64,000 nucleotides of DNA from Trichoplax adhaerens. Its lineage: Eukaryota; Animalia; Placozoa. The notes beneath the pieces were generated by a model, which saw nothing but the letters and a program-made list of their open reading frames with translations, did no database searches and was not told where the DNA came from. The translations under genes were made by a program, and so were the position numbers. Below, piece by piece: positions 1 to 13,297 of this stretch. How positions within the stretch are numbered: the first letter of the stretch is position 1; the number at the start of each line of letters is the position of its first letter. The stretch is from the NCBI RefSeq assembly GCF_000150275.1, contig NW_002060947.1:7239880-7303879 (forward strand). The letters are read 5' to 3'.

Positions 1-237
1 TTTTAACTTTAAAATATTAGTTTTCTGCTCATCTGTGGCCTTACATGGAAAGTAGAGAGACATGAAAGTATTTTAATTTAATGCTTGGACTCTTTCCGTA
101 ACCGTTAAATTAAAGCGCTGTCCCGAAATTCTTATATTAAAGGTTTTGGTAATGCAATTTAGCCAACTGGCGAAGCTATAGTATTGACCGTTTATTATAT
201 ATAAATTTCCATCATAAGTTGTTCTATATCTATCCTT

Positions 238-300
238 AGCCAATCAGAATAAATTTCGGTCAATATTGCACTTATTTCAATTGGCTGTAAATTGGTAACT
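238..300. promoter_or_regulatory. Candidate CCAAT boxes upstream of the CAP-Gly gene
   Basis: AGCCAATCAG at ~238-247 and inverted ATTGGCT at ~280-286, 400-800 bp upstream of the first coding exons. Motif match only. Confidence 0.3.
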
Positions 301-1099
301 TGAAGGGACTAAATCATGCGAATATTTAATCTTTGCTGATGTACTCATGCGATTATTACAATATATTATTTCAGTCAAGTTATCTCGGCTTCTCTATAGT
401 TAGTGGGATAAAGTTCAAGTTTATATCTATCTATTCAGCCCCTTTTATTCTCTATTTTCCTATTTATACTAAGCGGATTTCAATGCGTAAATCAAATAAC
501 CTAACAAGTATTTTTCGAAAATTGTACTGCTATCGTCAAATTATCCTTAACGACCGATATTAACTCGAATAGAGCTAGAAATACGAGTATAGCCTTTACT
601 AAATATCTAAGTATTCTACTTCAAAATACGACTGAAACATCTCATAAAAAGTAGCGAAAAATCGAATTTCGCCGGTGATTGCAATAAAGAATGCGCCATC
701 CATATACTGATTCTGATCGATTTCTCATCCGAAGTGATAATAATTTTATATTGCAATGAATATTATTTATAACAATTCTGTTATTTCCATGCAGAGTCGG
801 AAAGATTAAACGCCCTTGAAACCTTTCTACTTACTGAAAAGTCAAGAAGAAAGCGGTAAGATATTCTTTATGGTAAATATTCTATATAAACATATGTTGG
901 TATGCTTGCATCCTGAAGTATCTGTATTTTGCAATCTTAATGGATCACAGATTTTGTTGGCTATAATTAAATGTGCTTCTCTTTTAAATATGACAACGAA
1001 ACACGATCGCTGTATACTTTAAAATTAGAAAAATCAATTCAAAAGTTCTCTATCCTTTCAGTAAACTAGAATGAGCTATTTTATTGTCATTGTAGAAAA

Positions 1100-4000
1100 A
1101 TGTCCTCCGGTGACAACGTTGATATTAGTGAAATTTCACCATCTTATAATCCATCTAATGGCGACGTTAAACAAATGAAAGAGAAGAGCACCATTAAAGT
1201 GTATAAGAAAACGACTTCAGCTAGCAATCCATTCCTAAAGCAAGCTCGTTATCGTCGAAGTACTGCTTCTGCCAGCGATACTTCGAGCACAGATGATTTA
1301 TCACCGACTGCTTGTGATCCACCTATGATTACCAATCGATTTATTGGACGTCCACGCCATGTAACTCCCTATAGAGTAGAAAATGAGACATCCAATGGCA
1401 ATTATGGCCATCAAATCTATGTCAGACAAATCAATAATAGGAAAAAGGAAACGATATCGCCTTATTCGGGCAATTCAGAAAGCAATACCAATTCATTATC
1501 GCCGTCTCGACATAGCTCATTTTCATCCTTTAGTACTACAAGTACGGATAATGCTGAAAATAAATTATCCGGCCATACGTTAAATAGTCCTGTTAGTGAC
1601 AAGAGTGGTTATTCACCATCAAGTGAAGGCTTTAATGATGATTGGAAAGATAATCTTACAGCAACATCAGTGACTCCATGTCAAGTTGACGAAGCATTAG
1701 CATTGGAAACCGACAGCAATCATACATTAAGTAACGATTTATCAGAGTCTCATCATTATAGTAATGGCTATACCGATCCAGAGCCATCAATTACTGTCAA
1801 TGGTAATAGTATTGATAGTATGAACGGCAGTTCTTATTTAATTGAAGATACTCTTGTTAACGGTAGCCAAGAAGTAGTAGAAAATGGCCAACATCATGAT
1901 CATCCTAATGCGAATTATCACGATCTTGGCAATCATCGTGATGAAAAACATGATGTTATTGAGAATGATAGCCATGGAATAGATTCCGATGATGAATATG
2001 AAAATAAAACTATTGTTGAGGCAGAAACGATGGAAACAATTGTTGATTTGAATGGTGATCAAAATCATCAAGATAATCCAGCCCCTGATCAATTGATAGG
2101 AATAATACAAGATCCTGCTGAAATAGTTGAGACACAACGACAAGATCAAGAATTAAATCAACAAACCGCAATCGAAGATCAACAGGAGAACATGAATAGA
2201 GATTCTTTACTGTCTTCTATCAGCCATGGCGAAGATATGATAAGCAAAGGTGACCATGATGAAAGTAATGCCGAAAATTATCCATCTACTATTATAGATC
2301 AAGTGGAAGAGACTACAAAGAACGATGATAATTCTACAGAAGTTCATGTGGAAGCCAGCGAAGGCGATAATTCTTCTGTTGTCAAAGTGGATGTTAGTTC
2401 AGATGCTATATTTACTGATCGGAATAGTTCACCATTGCTGCAAGATCTTAACAAAGAGGTTTGTCCTAATCGATGGACTAATATATTGCTGCACGTGAAA
2501 AGTGTTTTTGAATTGCACTGATTAATTTTATTCTTGATGATGTTTATGATTGATAGTTCGATCCATTGACTAAAATTGATCGCCCAAATAGCCTGACTGC
2601 AACCGAAGATATAACACCAGTTTCCGATCTGATTTCGTATCGTTATCATCCAACAGAATCAATACTTCAACAAATTTATGATTTAGAACAAAAAATAATG
2701 GATGTTGCTGTAGAGGAAGAGCAAGAATTGCTACCGGTAAATAACTATTAGCCACTATCAATAGATAATGAAAGTGTTGTCAGTGTAGATTGGATTTTTA
2801 ATTTTAAACAACATCGGATTATCACTACTCTACGTCTTTGCATCAATTGCTGAATCATGAATTACTAAATTACCATTTGGTTTTTAGTATTCCTCAGTAG
2901 AAAATTAAAGGATGGTTTACATTGTTCTCTAACGGATCAATGCTTAAATTTATAACTAACATCATAAAATTATCCCTAATTTCTGTTATAGAATGAACAA
3001 GACGATTCTGATATGCAAAATTCTACAGCACCTGAAAGCATGAACGAAGCCTTACTCCAAATTAACAAATTGAATCAACAAAATCGTGAACTACGTCGAA
3101 GAAACAACGCTCTTGCTGGCCATATTAAAAATAGAAACGCTCAGCTACATCTAATTAGACGAGAAAATCTATTACTACTTGCTGAACGTAAAAAAATGAT
3201 CGGTCGGTCGTCTAATGTAGGCATTGATATCCATTTAGCATTGGAAAGAACAGCCGAGGCTTCTCAGCTGAAATATACTAAAGATGAAATTAATCGCATG
3301 AATGATGAAGGTATATTTCAAGATCATGCCCATAAGAATCGATGCCTTGAGTCTGCTGAAGCTTCGAATGTTGATAAATTGATAAATAGGTCGTTTTCAA
3401 ATGAGCAAATATTAATGTATCAGGATAATGAGCTGCTGAAGAAAGATTCTAAAATAGATCAAAAATCGAACACAGATAGAGTTGTGCCAAATTCCGTGGA
3501 AAGTTTTGATCACAAAAGCATAGTTTCATCGGCTATGAATTCTTATGGTTTAGAGGATTTAAAATTTGATAATAACAATTGGCGTACCGCAATAGATGTT
3601 AGCAGAACCGTCAATTCTTTAGAGAGTCATAATCAGGATGATGTCGGTAAACCAATAAAATTTCACGAAGATAATCGTCTTCATTCTAACCAAATTATGG
3701 GTTCGAAATCATCATTTCATCGATACTATACAGATTCATCAAAATTTATGCAATCTTCAATCGGAAATAGTTCAACAACATCTGTTTCCAGTAACATTTT
3801 TGATACAAGCTCTAATATTGACGAAAAATATTTCAAAGCATTAGCAAATGATAACTTAAGCTATACTTCATCTAAAAGGGACGAGAGAATAAAGTTAGCG
3901 GAGGATAAGGATATACTTCTCCCCAAATCCTCTAATATTGGGAAATTTACCGATGATGATGAATTTAATATAGATCTTAGTGGTAGTTTACACAGGACTG

Positions 4001-5048
4001 ATTATAGCACCTATGAATCACCTCGGTACCGCGACAGATCAAGTTATTCGTCTCCTCGATCATTAAAAGTTGGAGAAATAACATCCAGTGCTAACACTGA
4101 TTGCCCAAGGTAAAAATTACTCCTACTTCAATAGACTAGCGTAATATATGATTATTATGTAACTATTTTAATAGCATTAAGCATTTTCTCAAGCCAAAAT
4201 ATGCGAGATTTACGATAGATAGCATACGTAGCATTAAGCAATTTGTCAGCAATGAAGGATATGAATATTTAGAATAAATAGAATAAAACATAAAGCTTTT
4301 TATCCTTCTTAATTCTCAAGTATATTTTGATAACTAAGAGTTCTTCTTTTAGACAAATAGCCTATTTAGTAATGCCTACAGCAAACGATTACATCATCTA
4401 TGTGAAATACATTTATCATGTAACCTTAAATGATATCCTGTGCTGCTATAATATATCAGTCGTTTCAATACTTACAGAGGCTGGCCTAGCAGTCCGATGA
4501 ATGAAGGTGAGATCAGGGTTGGATCCGTTGTTAGGATTAATTCCGTTACAACAAGAAAATCAGTGGTTGGAACTGTAAAATATAAAGGCAGTATAGGTGG
4601 GAAGGCTGGTGTACATTTTGGAATTTTATTAGATACTCAAGGTTAGTACATGGCTATAACGTTAGTAGATTCATTTAGTTGAATACTTAGACATGGAATA
4701 ATAATGATCTACTACTTTATTATCAAACTCTTCTTAATGTAGATGGAAACAGCGACGGCAAACATGATGGCAAAAGATACTTTTACTGGTAGGTGAAATA
4801 CTTATTTATCTTTCATTAGATAGTATACTTTCATAATGCATTATATTTTGTTGCTTCTTCTGGCTATACTATCAATGCTGTCTTTTCAGCTATTGGTTTT
4901 ATATGCATAAGATTGATCTATCTTCTTTGAGTTTCAGATAAATGATTATGATTTTTCTTCAATAATTGTATCATTTCTTACTGTTTTCAGTAAATCTGGC
5001 TATGGCATTTTTGTACCTTTTGGCAAGATCGTCATGGTTTTCAAATAA
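1100..5048 (+). CDS. CAP-Gly domain protein (~975 aa): long disordered Ser/Asp/Asn-rich N-terminus, coiled coil, C-terminal CAP-Gly
   Basis: Phase-compatible GT-AG exons at 1100-2458, 2557-2736, 2992-4109, 4478-4641, 4743-4788 and 4991-5048. The spliced C-terminus reads IRVGSVVRINSVTTRKSVVGTVKYKGSIGGKAGVHFGILLDTQDGNSDGKHDGKRYFYCKSGYGIFVPFGKIVMVFK*, which is a CAP-Gly domain. A coiled coil (ALLQINKLNQQNRELRRRN) lies in the 2992-4109 exon. An in-frame open upstream exon (795-855), and possibly 691-733 with an ATG, may extend the N-terminus. Confidence 0.85.
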
Positions 5049-6557
5049 CTATCGTAATTATCTCACGTTTTTTAACACAACTCAAAACCAATCTTCTATT
5101 GAAATGTAATTAAACTGCGTTTTATCAGGATTTACTTTGATATATATGTACATTCAAGGATATATTTATACTTGTATCTTTTTAAACTTATTATCCAGCT
5201 GTTTATTTAAATCTGATTGAAGATTTTATATTGTTTCTAATGAAGTTTGATGGAGAATTGTGTTGCGTAACTAACGACATCGTATAAAATCAATTTGTTT
5301 AGATTCGACTAAAGATGTTTATTTATTATTACCTATCATATGTAAAAGTATACACTGTTACGCTCAGATCAATTCTACATGAGTGATCGTACTCATGTCG
5401 CATAGATACTATAACTAACTTTCACTATTGTGATATATTACAATCTTAGACCAATTCAGTAACTGTAATTTCTCATTTGCTTAACTATTTACAATTATTC
5501 TTATTTTATGTATTTGCATATTAGTACATCTATTTATGTGTACTATGTATAAAAGAACGAAGTAACTACAGATGATGTACCATCATTTACTATGCTGTTA
5601 CCATTTGTTAAATATGAGAAATTAGTCAACTTTTTATAGCATTAATAACCGTTAGCAGTGGTTAATATCTGAACTATCGATTCTTTCGTATTTTTTTTAG
5701 AAGTTTTGCTTTACACGTAGATATTACATATATATGCAAAGTACACTTGTGCCATGGTAGCTGCATTAATAATGATTATCATGCAAAACAAATTACGTAG
5801 CATATTTATAGATAAAAAGTCGCAAATAATCATTCCTCAAATGATTGTCAGTATCACAAAGATTTATATATCCGCCAAGTATCATAACAAGAGGCTTAGA
5901 CGTTAACATACCGTTACACAGTAGTCGGTTACAACATTTTTTGAAGCATAGAATAGACCATAGCTAAATATATCACATCGGCGCAAGCACGTTCTCATAC
6001 TCAAATTCTTGTTGATTTTTAACAAGGATCATATGCTATATTTCAGTAATTTTAATAAATAACTTGTGCTGATGCTAAGTAGCCTTACAATCATTAATAA
6101 GTGCAGAATTTCATAGTAAACTGTACACACGATATACGGTATACATAAATGCATCAATTACACCGTATATTGCTACAAACGCAAATAAAAAATCATTTTT
6201 AAAACAATCTTAAAAAACTTGGTTATATTACATTACAAAGGTTCAGCAATCCTGACGGATAAAATGTATGTAAATCGATATTATTGATCACTGCTTCCAT
6301 TTCAAAAGAAGCTATATTTACAATTTAAAGTACTTTACAGGTGTCCAATCTGCAACTTATAGAATCTGTATAAAATCTTTTTATACTAAAAGTATCAAAA
6401 TGATTTAAGTTTAGTTGAGTATCAGTTATAAACATTCCTTATCTAACAAAAAGTAGGCCTTCGAGTCAGATCATGCCTATGACTGCAGATTGGAACTTTA
6501 TATTTTAAGTGCGATTCTTTGCAAAAAATTTAATACGCTGACATCACCCTAATGCAA

Positions 6558-9500
6558 TCACCTAGTTTCATGGAACGAATTAGCCCGTTGATATTGGGAT
6601 CCGTACGTATAGCTAGCTGAAGAATTACTTCTTCCATAGTTTGCAGGGCGATGAGATTGATTATTTTGAAGTGTACTTTCAGAAATAGATTGATGTGTAA
6701 AAAAATTTCTCGAGTTTCCTTGATGATTAAATTCGGTCCCTTCAGCCGAATTGGCTGGAATAAGTGGAGCACATGTAGGTGGCGGCGGACTAGGAGGAGT
6801 ATAGAATTGCCGTTCTTGATAGGGATAATGTGGTTTATCCGAAATTTGCGGCCTTGGCGGCCTAGGTGGTGGTGTTGACGGGATTGTTGTACTAGTCTCG
6901 TCTTCGGGATGGCGCGGCTGCTCACACATTTCGCACTTTACCAAACTATAATCATTTAAGTATGTACACCTGCTGCATTTCCATTGTGGAGTAGCTAACG
7001 GATAAGAAACAGATATACCAATATTATACGAAAGGGAATCAAAAATTGGCATCAATTACTTACTATACAAGCTATTCCTATGTATGAATGGGTATATATA
7101 TAATCTAAATGTTAATATTAGTATCGCAGCGCCAGTAAATTGCCGTTACCATCAATACCCTAGAATTGTTTAATAAATAGCGAAATTTTAAACATACTTG
7201 GCCTATCACTTAATAATCTAATTGATCGCTGCAGAGAATCGATGTCTTCTTTCAATATGTCAATATTCTTTGCCTGAAAATTAAATAAGACAGCAAATAG
7301 AAGAAAGTTAATATCCTACTTAAAGACTTAGTCGTACTAGATCATCCAGATTTATGACAGACTAGATGAAGGCAAAATACGTTATCCAGCAGACTTTTAT
7401 ACAGTACCACACATTATACATGAATTGAAATGTTCAAATAATTTCAGTCAATACACTGAATAAGATCAATGTCAGAATTAATTATAGTTCCAATCAACAC
7501 ATTTATCGTTATGACTATATGTATCGTTACATATGAAATTTTTCTTTTTTGTGATAAAGCATAATAACAATATTTGCCGTAAAGTACACTATAAATATTG
7601 ACAGACATACAGTGCAACATATTAAAATCATAAATCTTAGGCATTATTCAAGTAAAGATGGATTCCTATTACTTATTGATAAATAACTTAAAGAGATTGA
7701 TGAAGGAAAATAGAAATTCTTACTAGAGCCTTAGCTCTTTCATTCGATAATTGGAGTTTTTGCTGTTTTTCTTCAATAGCAATTTTCAGTTGTTGTAATT
7801 CTTCTTCCTTCCTTTCGATGCGCTGTTGTATAATGAACAGTCGTTAGTAAAACAAACCTAAACTAAATCTCATACTAAGTATGCCATCGATGTAGACATT
7901 ACTCACCTTTTTGGTAACATTTAAGCTAAAGAGCTGGTCTCTGATTCTATCTGTATATCAAATAATGAAAAATTTTACTCAATCTTTAATATCATTATCA
8001 AGGCAGGCAGTATCAATGTCTAATTATGATATGAAATAACATTGCTTGTTTATTCTACTGACACAGGCATCTAGATCCTAATGTCTACAGCTGTTGTTTT
8101 GAAGTACGACTGATTACTGAAAAACAGTTACTTCAATGACGTTATCTGTACCGGTATAAATAAAGTAATGTAATCTAAAAATTACGCTGTCTTCATACTA
8201 CCACGAAAACATATTAGCTAATTTATCAATATCGATATGCTCTTGTGATCGTGTCATGATTGCGAAATGATGATAGTATATGTTCTTGCAGGATTTAACT
8301 TATAGCTTCAATGTAATTTCCAGAGCAGCTACCGAAGCGCTACTTGTGAAACTAACTCTTATAAGCATCAATAACTATATTTCATTACACTTACGAACAA
8401 CGCTAATTATCAAAATTCAAAGGTCAGGACATGGTTTACAGGTATATATTGATTACTCTACTACCAACGGTATACTTTCGTTGCAATAATGCTAGTTGGT
8501 GATAATTTCTATTGAGATTAAATACATTAAGATAATCTATTTATATCGAAGCAATTGATTTGTAAATCTGTAAAGTATTCTTTAAAACTACTATCCATTG
8601 AGAGATAATTCCAATGTTGTAGTATTACTGTATAAGACTAAATTGAAATCTCGTTGCTAAGGAGTAAACTAAAAGCTTAAGATGAATAGGCTACCTACTT
8701 TGCGACTGAGCATTCAATGTACCCGATTCGTCTTCACTGGTAGTGCCAGATGTTGCGTTACTCCAAGGACTTCCGTCATCGAAAGGAGATACAGATGGGA
8801 TAGGGCGCATCGTATCCGATGGTGTCGGTGTTGAGGGTGGTGAACTGATTATCAAAGAATGAGAGAAACTGATATGTAATCTATCAGGCCGAGGAGTTTC
8901 AGGATTTGGTGTTGGATCACTTTCATGATCTCCGCTTAAAATTTGACGGCATAATGCTAAATTGTTACCGCTCTGTTTAGTCAAAAAGTTCCAAAAATTA
9001 GTGATTACGAAAGCAGTTCTTTGGATAACTTAATATGTTGTTTACAGATGACACAACTATGGGAACTAGTGCATAATATCAATTTTGCCTATTGCATTTT
9101 TGCGGCTACATCAAGAATAATGTGAAAGACGAAGCAAGCGCCATTTTATCTAGGATTTCATGGTAGAAGGCGTCAGAACCAGTCAGCCATGCACTACAAA
9201 GTACTTACTATCGACTATATTTAGAGTATCGCTAAATGATTCTAATTCTAAAGTTATGTAGCAGCACAAATTGGCATTTATTGTTAATGCAGCATTCAAA
9301 ACGTGTTTATGTATTCAACTTAAAAAGTTTCTGTCACTTGATATCGTTGTACACTCTTTTAAATATATAGTGTAACTACTATTTACAGCAAATCACTACG
9401 TAATAAAAACATATCATTCTGAAGTTCTATATATGCACATATGTAAGGCATAGGCTTCAATTTTATATCTCTATCATAACAAGAAGACGTTCGCTTTTTG

Positions 9501-10109
9501 TACTATTTCATCGTCATAAATATCTGCACCCAGGGAAAAATATTACAAAAGTATAAAAAGCAGCAATAACTTTTACAGGTTGCATGTCAATCTTGACACT
9601 CTGAAATAATTATTTAGTAATTAATCAGCATAACGACATCATGTCCGTCTGTCCACGACTAGACACGGTCCGATTGAGGACATAATCATTTGGGGGGCAT
9701 CGTATCGCACGATACTGTGAAAGCCATACTAAACTATGGAAAGAAATCTTGCAATAATGAATTCTACGGCGCTTCGAGATTAGAGAAAAAAAGGGATTTT
9801 ACCATTTTACCATAGAGGAAATATTTTGAAAAGCAATCTTCAAGTATTCCTTCGTGTTTTTACTTTTAAGCTATATTAGTGCTTTTAATTTTATAGCCCA
9901 AAACAACCAGACATGCTACTCGATACTACGTAGGCTCAACCGACTGACGTAAAAAATAAAAATAGCAGTTACACAAGGTTTAAGTTATTGATATTTACCT
10001 GCTCGTAACAGGCCAAAATCGTTGCTGGATCGACATTAGGAAATTCTTTAATTAGTTGATCGGTTGGGGACAACTCTATCTTCTCGTTTTGCGTATTCTC
10101 GCTCGCCAT
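6558..10109 (-). CDS. TAB2: TAK1-binding protein TAB2/TAB3-like (CUE, coiled coil, NZF zinc finger), ~350 aa
   Basis: Exon 10109-9999 (MASENTQNEKIELSPTDQLIKEFPNVDPATILACYEQ) joined to exon 8972-8699 (SGNNLALCRQILS...) gives a CUE domain like that of TAB2 (FPEVP...RCMLQNNNNLDACCAVLS). Coiled-coil exons lie at ~7950-7907, ~7823-7724 (RIERKEEELQQLKIAIEEKQQKL) and ~7273-7198. The exon starting at 6994 encodes the NZF QWKCSRCTYLNDYSLVKCEMCEQPR. Phases are compatible. 5'UTR splice signals are at 10135, ~10418 and ~11208. Confidence 0.85.
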
Positions 10110-11419
10110 GAAAATAATGTTAATTCAAACAGCACTGTAGTAAACCACAGGACACGAATGGCGTTTGCCCTATATAAGTTATATTCATTATCTCAGTAAA
10201 GGTGATAACTCAACATGAGTTGTATGACTGAAGCAGTTGATACTGGAAATTGGAACTGCTAATCGATTCCATTTTGGTAGCTATTATTGTAGTGGTCAAT
10301 ATGCATAGCTAGAGATTTATACTCTATTGCATAGAGCATGAGAAAACATGATTTTGTGACATTCCATGGTTAAACGTATGTGAAATGAGCATGTTTATAA
10401 AGTTGTTTTGCTCTTACCTGTGAGTAAATGTTAACACAGCACAAGTGCACTTTGGGTCAGAAAGAGAAGTTGGGAAATTATTCTATATTCACGTTACCAC
10501 TGCAACAAGTTAGTGGTAGGAGTATGACGGTGTTCAACCAGGCTACTGAAATAGATTGAGGACAAACAGTCTTATGATTGCACGACAGCAAGATCAGTGA
10601 GCCTATATAATAGCAAAAAATTCACTTGATTAAAAAACGGTGCTATAGAGTCTATTGGGCAGCTGAAGACACTACTGCTTGTGGTGGTGAAAGTAACGTT
10701 CAACATGTTTCTACGGCGTTATGGCGTTATAGAATAGTAAGAACAAACTCAAAGCAGTCGATACAATCGTCAAGAAAGTTTCAAAAGGCGAGCAAACAGA
10801 TATGACAGTTTGCTATCATGGAACTCACAGTCAGACCATGCATACAAGGAGAGATGACTAACGTTGTATCATAATACTATCAATACGTATGTTTTTGCAT
10901 CTCGTAGTGGTATTTTCCAACCCTGTTACTGAATTGCATACTGTCCACTAAAGCAAGTACATTTAGCCGTACCTTCCAATTGACTTTGTCGAGACAACAG
11001 ATAATCCTTGTCGGCAATTTCTTGCAAGAAATTTCAAGGCCCAACTAGTAGAATAAACGCTTGTCCCTAGCTGTAGACGACCACCTTCTCCACACTGATT
11101 AATTGATTAAATTATCGATTGAATCATTTATTGAAAAGATTTCCGTGGCTAGTTACAAAAATAAAATCCAATTGCCTACACTACTATGACCCAATTGAGA
11201 TTGCTTACGGCATAAAACGGGATAATACTGTCAAAAAGTGGAAGACCAGCAATGGGATAGTCTTGAATATAGTACTGTAATTGGGATTTTTTTTCAATAA
11301 CAAGTGTAAATTTTTCTTTGAAACTCTTTGAAAGTGCAGCTTTTCCTTGTTCACTGCTGGCCCCGAATGGCTATTGTGTTTTTGCTTGTGACGATCGACG
11401 GAGATTGTGTTTGGTGGTA

Positions 11420-11870
11420 CGTACACTTGTACAATGTATAGTACGACGATTTGACCACGTCCAGCACCGTATCACGTGACTACTGTTGAGTACGACAGTA
11501 CAGCATTGCACAATGTACTGTTACTGCACGTCTCGTTTGCGTTCGGTTGTACAGTATGACGCTTCAACCACGTACTACAGTACTAGTATGACGTGAGTCA
11601 CGTGACTGCGACACTACAGTACAGTATGGCACAGTGCATCTCGTTTTGGATGACGGCGGTACTGGTTGTACAGTATAGTACTGTAAGTGGGTCAGAGATT
11701 CAATTGTACAGTACTGTAGTGCCGGTTGGGTGGGTTGACAGTTGATCTGGGCTGTGACGTGCGGTCATTTTTCAGCCACTTTTTGATAACCTTTCCTTCT
11801 AGAGTGCTATACACTGTACACTGTACTGTACAGTGGAATCTACGCATTGTACTGTACTGTGGAACAAATA
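11420..11870. promoter_or_regulatory. ACTGT/ACAGT-rich, CpG-containing putative promoter of the TAB2-like gene, with E-box/CRE/AP-1 motifs
   Basis: Many TACTGT/ACAGTA/TGTACA words. CACGTG at ~11473 and ~11599, composite ATGACGTGAGTCACGTGAC at ~11588-11606. Lies immediately upstream of the minus-strand 5'UTR exon that ends at the donor near 11208. Confidence 0.55.
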
Positions 11871-13297
11871 CCTTGTAATGATGACATCATGCGTAAAAAT
11901 AGCTACTAGAAGTTCCACGTTTAAATAACGGAATACTCCTGCAAATAGCATGCTCGATGGATTTGCATTACCCTAAGAAAACTTTAAAAAATGATAAATA
12001 CGAGCGACAGGCCATTGTTTATACAATAGCATAGGAGTATTGTATGGCTGCTCAAATTATGACAAATATACATATTTTACTGCAGTAGAATGTAACGATC
12101 TTATCATAGCTTGTCCCGCAGCCCAACTCTTTCCATGATGAATAACTCTACCTATTGCGCTATGAATTCCATAAGCATCAAGTGATTTTGTACCCATGCC
12201 GTTTACATGGGCTATCTTTCGAGTTATCATCCAATGGTACGCCGTAGTAGCAATTTACAAATGAGATACCACATTGGAATGAAAGTTAAATTGATTCACG
12301 CTGTGTAATACTCCTAATTCATTACTACAGTACTGTGTTGCCAGCTAGCTTAGCACGCGCACTAGCAGACCGGCTTACATCTCGCACATAGCATCATATA
12401 ATCATACTGAGATTCGATTTATTTAAGGCTTTATTGATGTCTATGGAACAAATGTATTGCTTTATTCTAATGCTACAGTATAACTGTATAACAAATACCG
12501 CTATAGGATCAATACTTGGACAGTTTCCTCATACATACAATAGTACGATATTGTTTGCAATCGAGGTAATGGCGGGTGGATGCAAGTATGTAACTCTACG
12601 ACTACAGTGTTGCATACTAACATCAATAGGGGACAATTTCTCGACAGAAAGCTCACGCTCAAGACAGCATCATTACATTACATTAAAACAGCGACTAGAG
12701 CATAGCCGCTACATTTACTCATACGAGTCATTACCGAAAGATTGTAAATACCTTAAACCATACGAATGTTGCATATTGTACAAATGAATACGTATATTCG
12801 CGTATAATCCTACATGAAAATATTCCTTTTGGAGGTGTCAGTACAACCCATGCTAATAAATTTTCATTGTCAATAGAAGAAGATTCGGTATACTGTACTA
12901 GTTAGAAAATTTATCTATACAATTTTTACTCTATTCTTTCCTAAATTACTATACGTACATTATCTTGCACAGATTTTTAGTCTAATGAAAACGTAAAATA
13001 AGCGTATCAATAAAAGATATCAAAGTGTTTTTAATCCATTTTGTACACATATCTTGTATAATATTTATGCCTTAAATAATTTTCAAATGATACAGTAGGA
13101 TCATATCTTATAAATGATCCATTCCGGCGCTAATTAGAGATTAATTGATCTTGTAATCACTGTAGAAAAGTACATTGTATGCCTTTATGAGTTGATTCTC
13201 CTGCAAAAGAAAAGCGTTAGGGTCACCTAAAATATTAACCCGAGCGATTAAGTTACATCGATTATAATGAAACTTACCCAATAGAGGTATTTATAGG

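Noticed and set aside
1383-2761. Short alternative-frame and antisense ORFs overlapping the CAP-Gly gene (similar cases at 6530-6925, 21936-22160, 37977-38431 and 39199-39525)
   Set aside because: These are shadows of real coding exons and have no independent signals.
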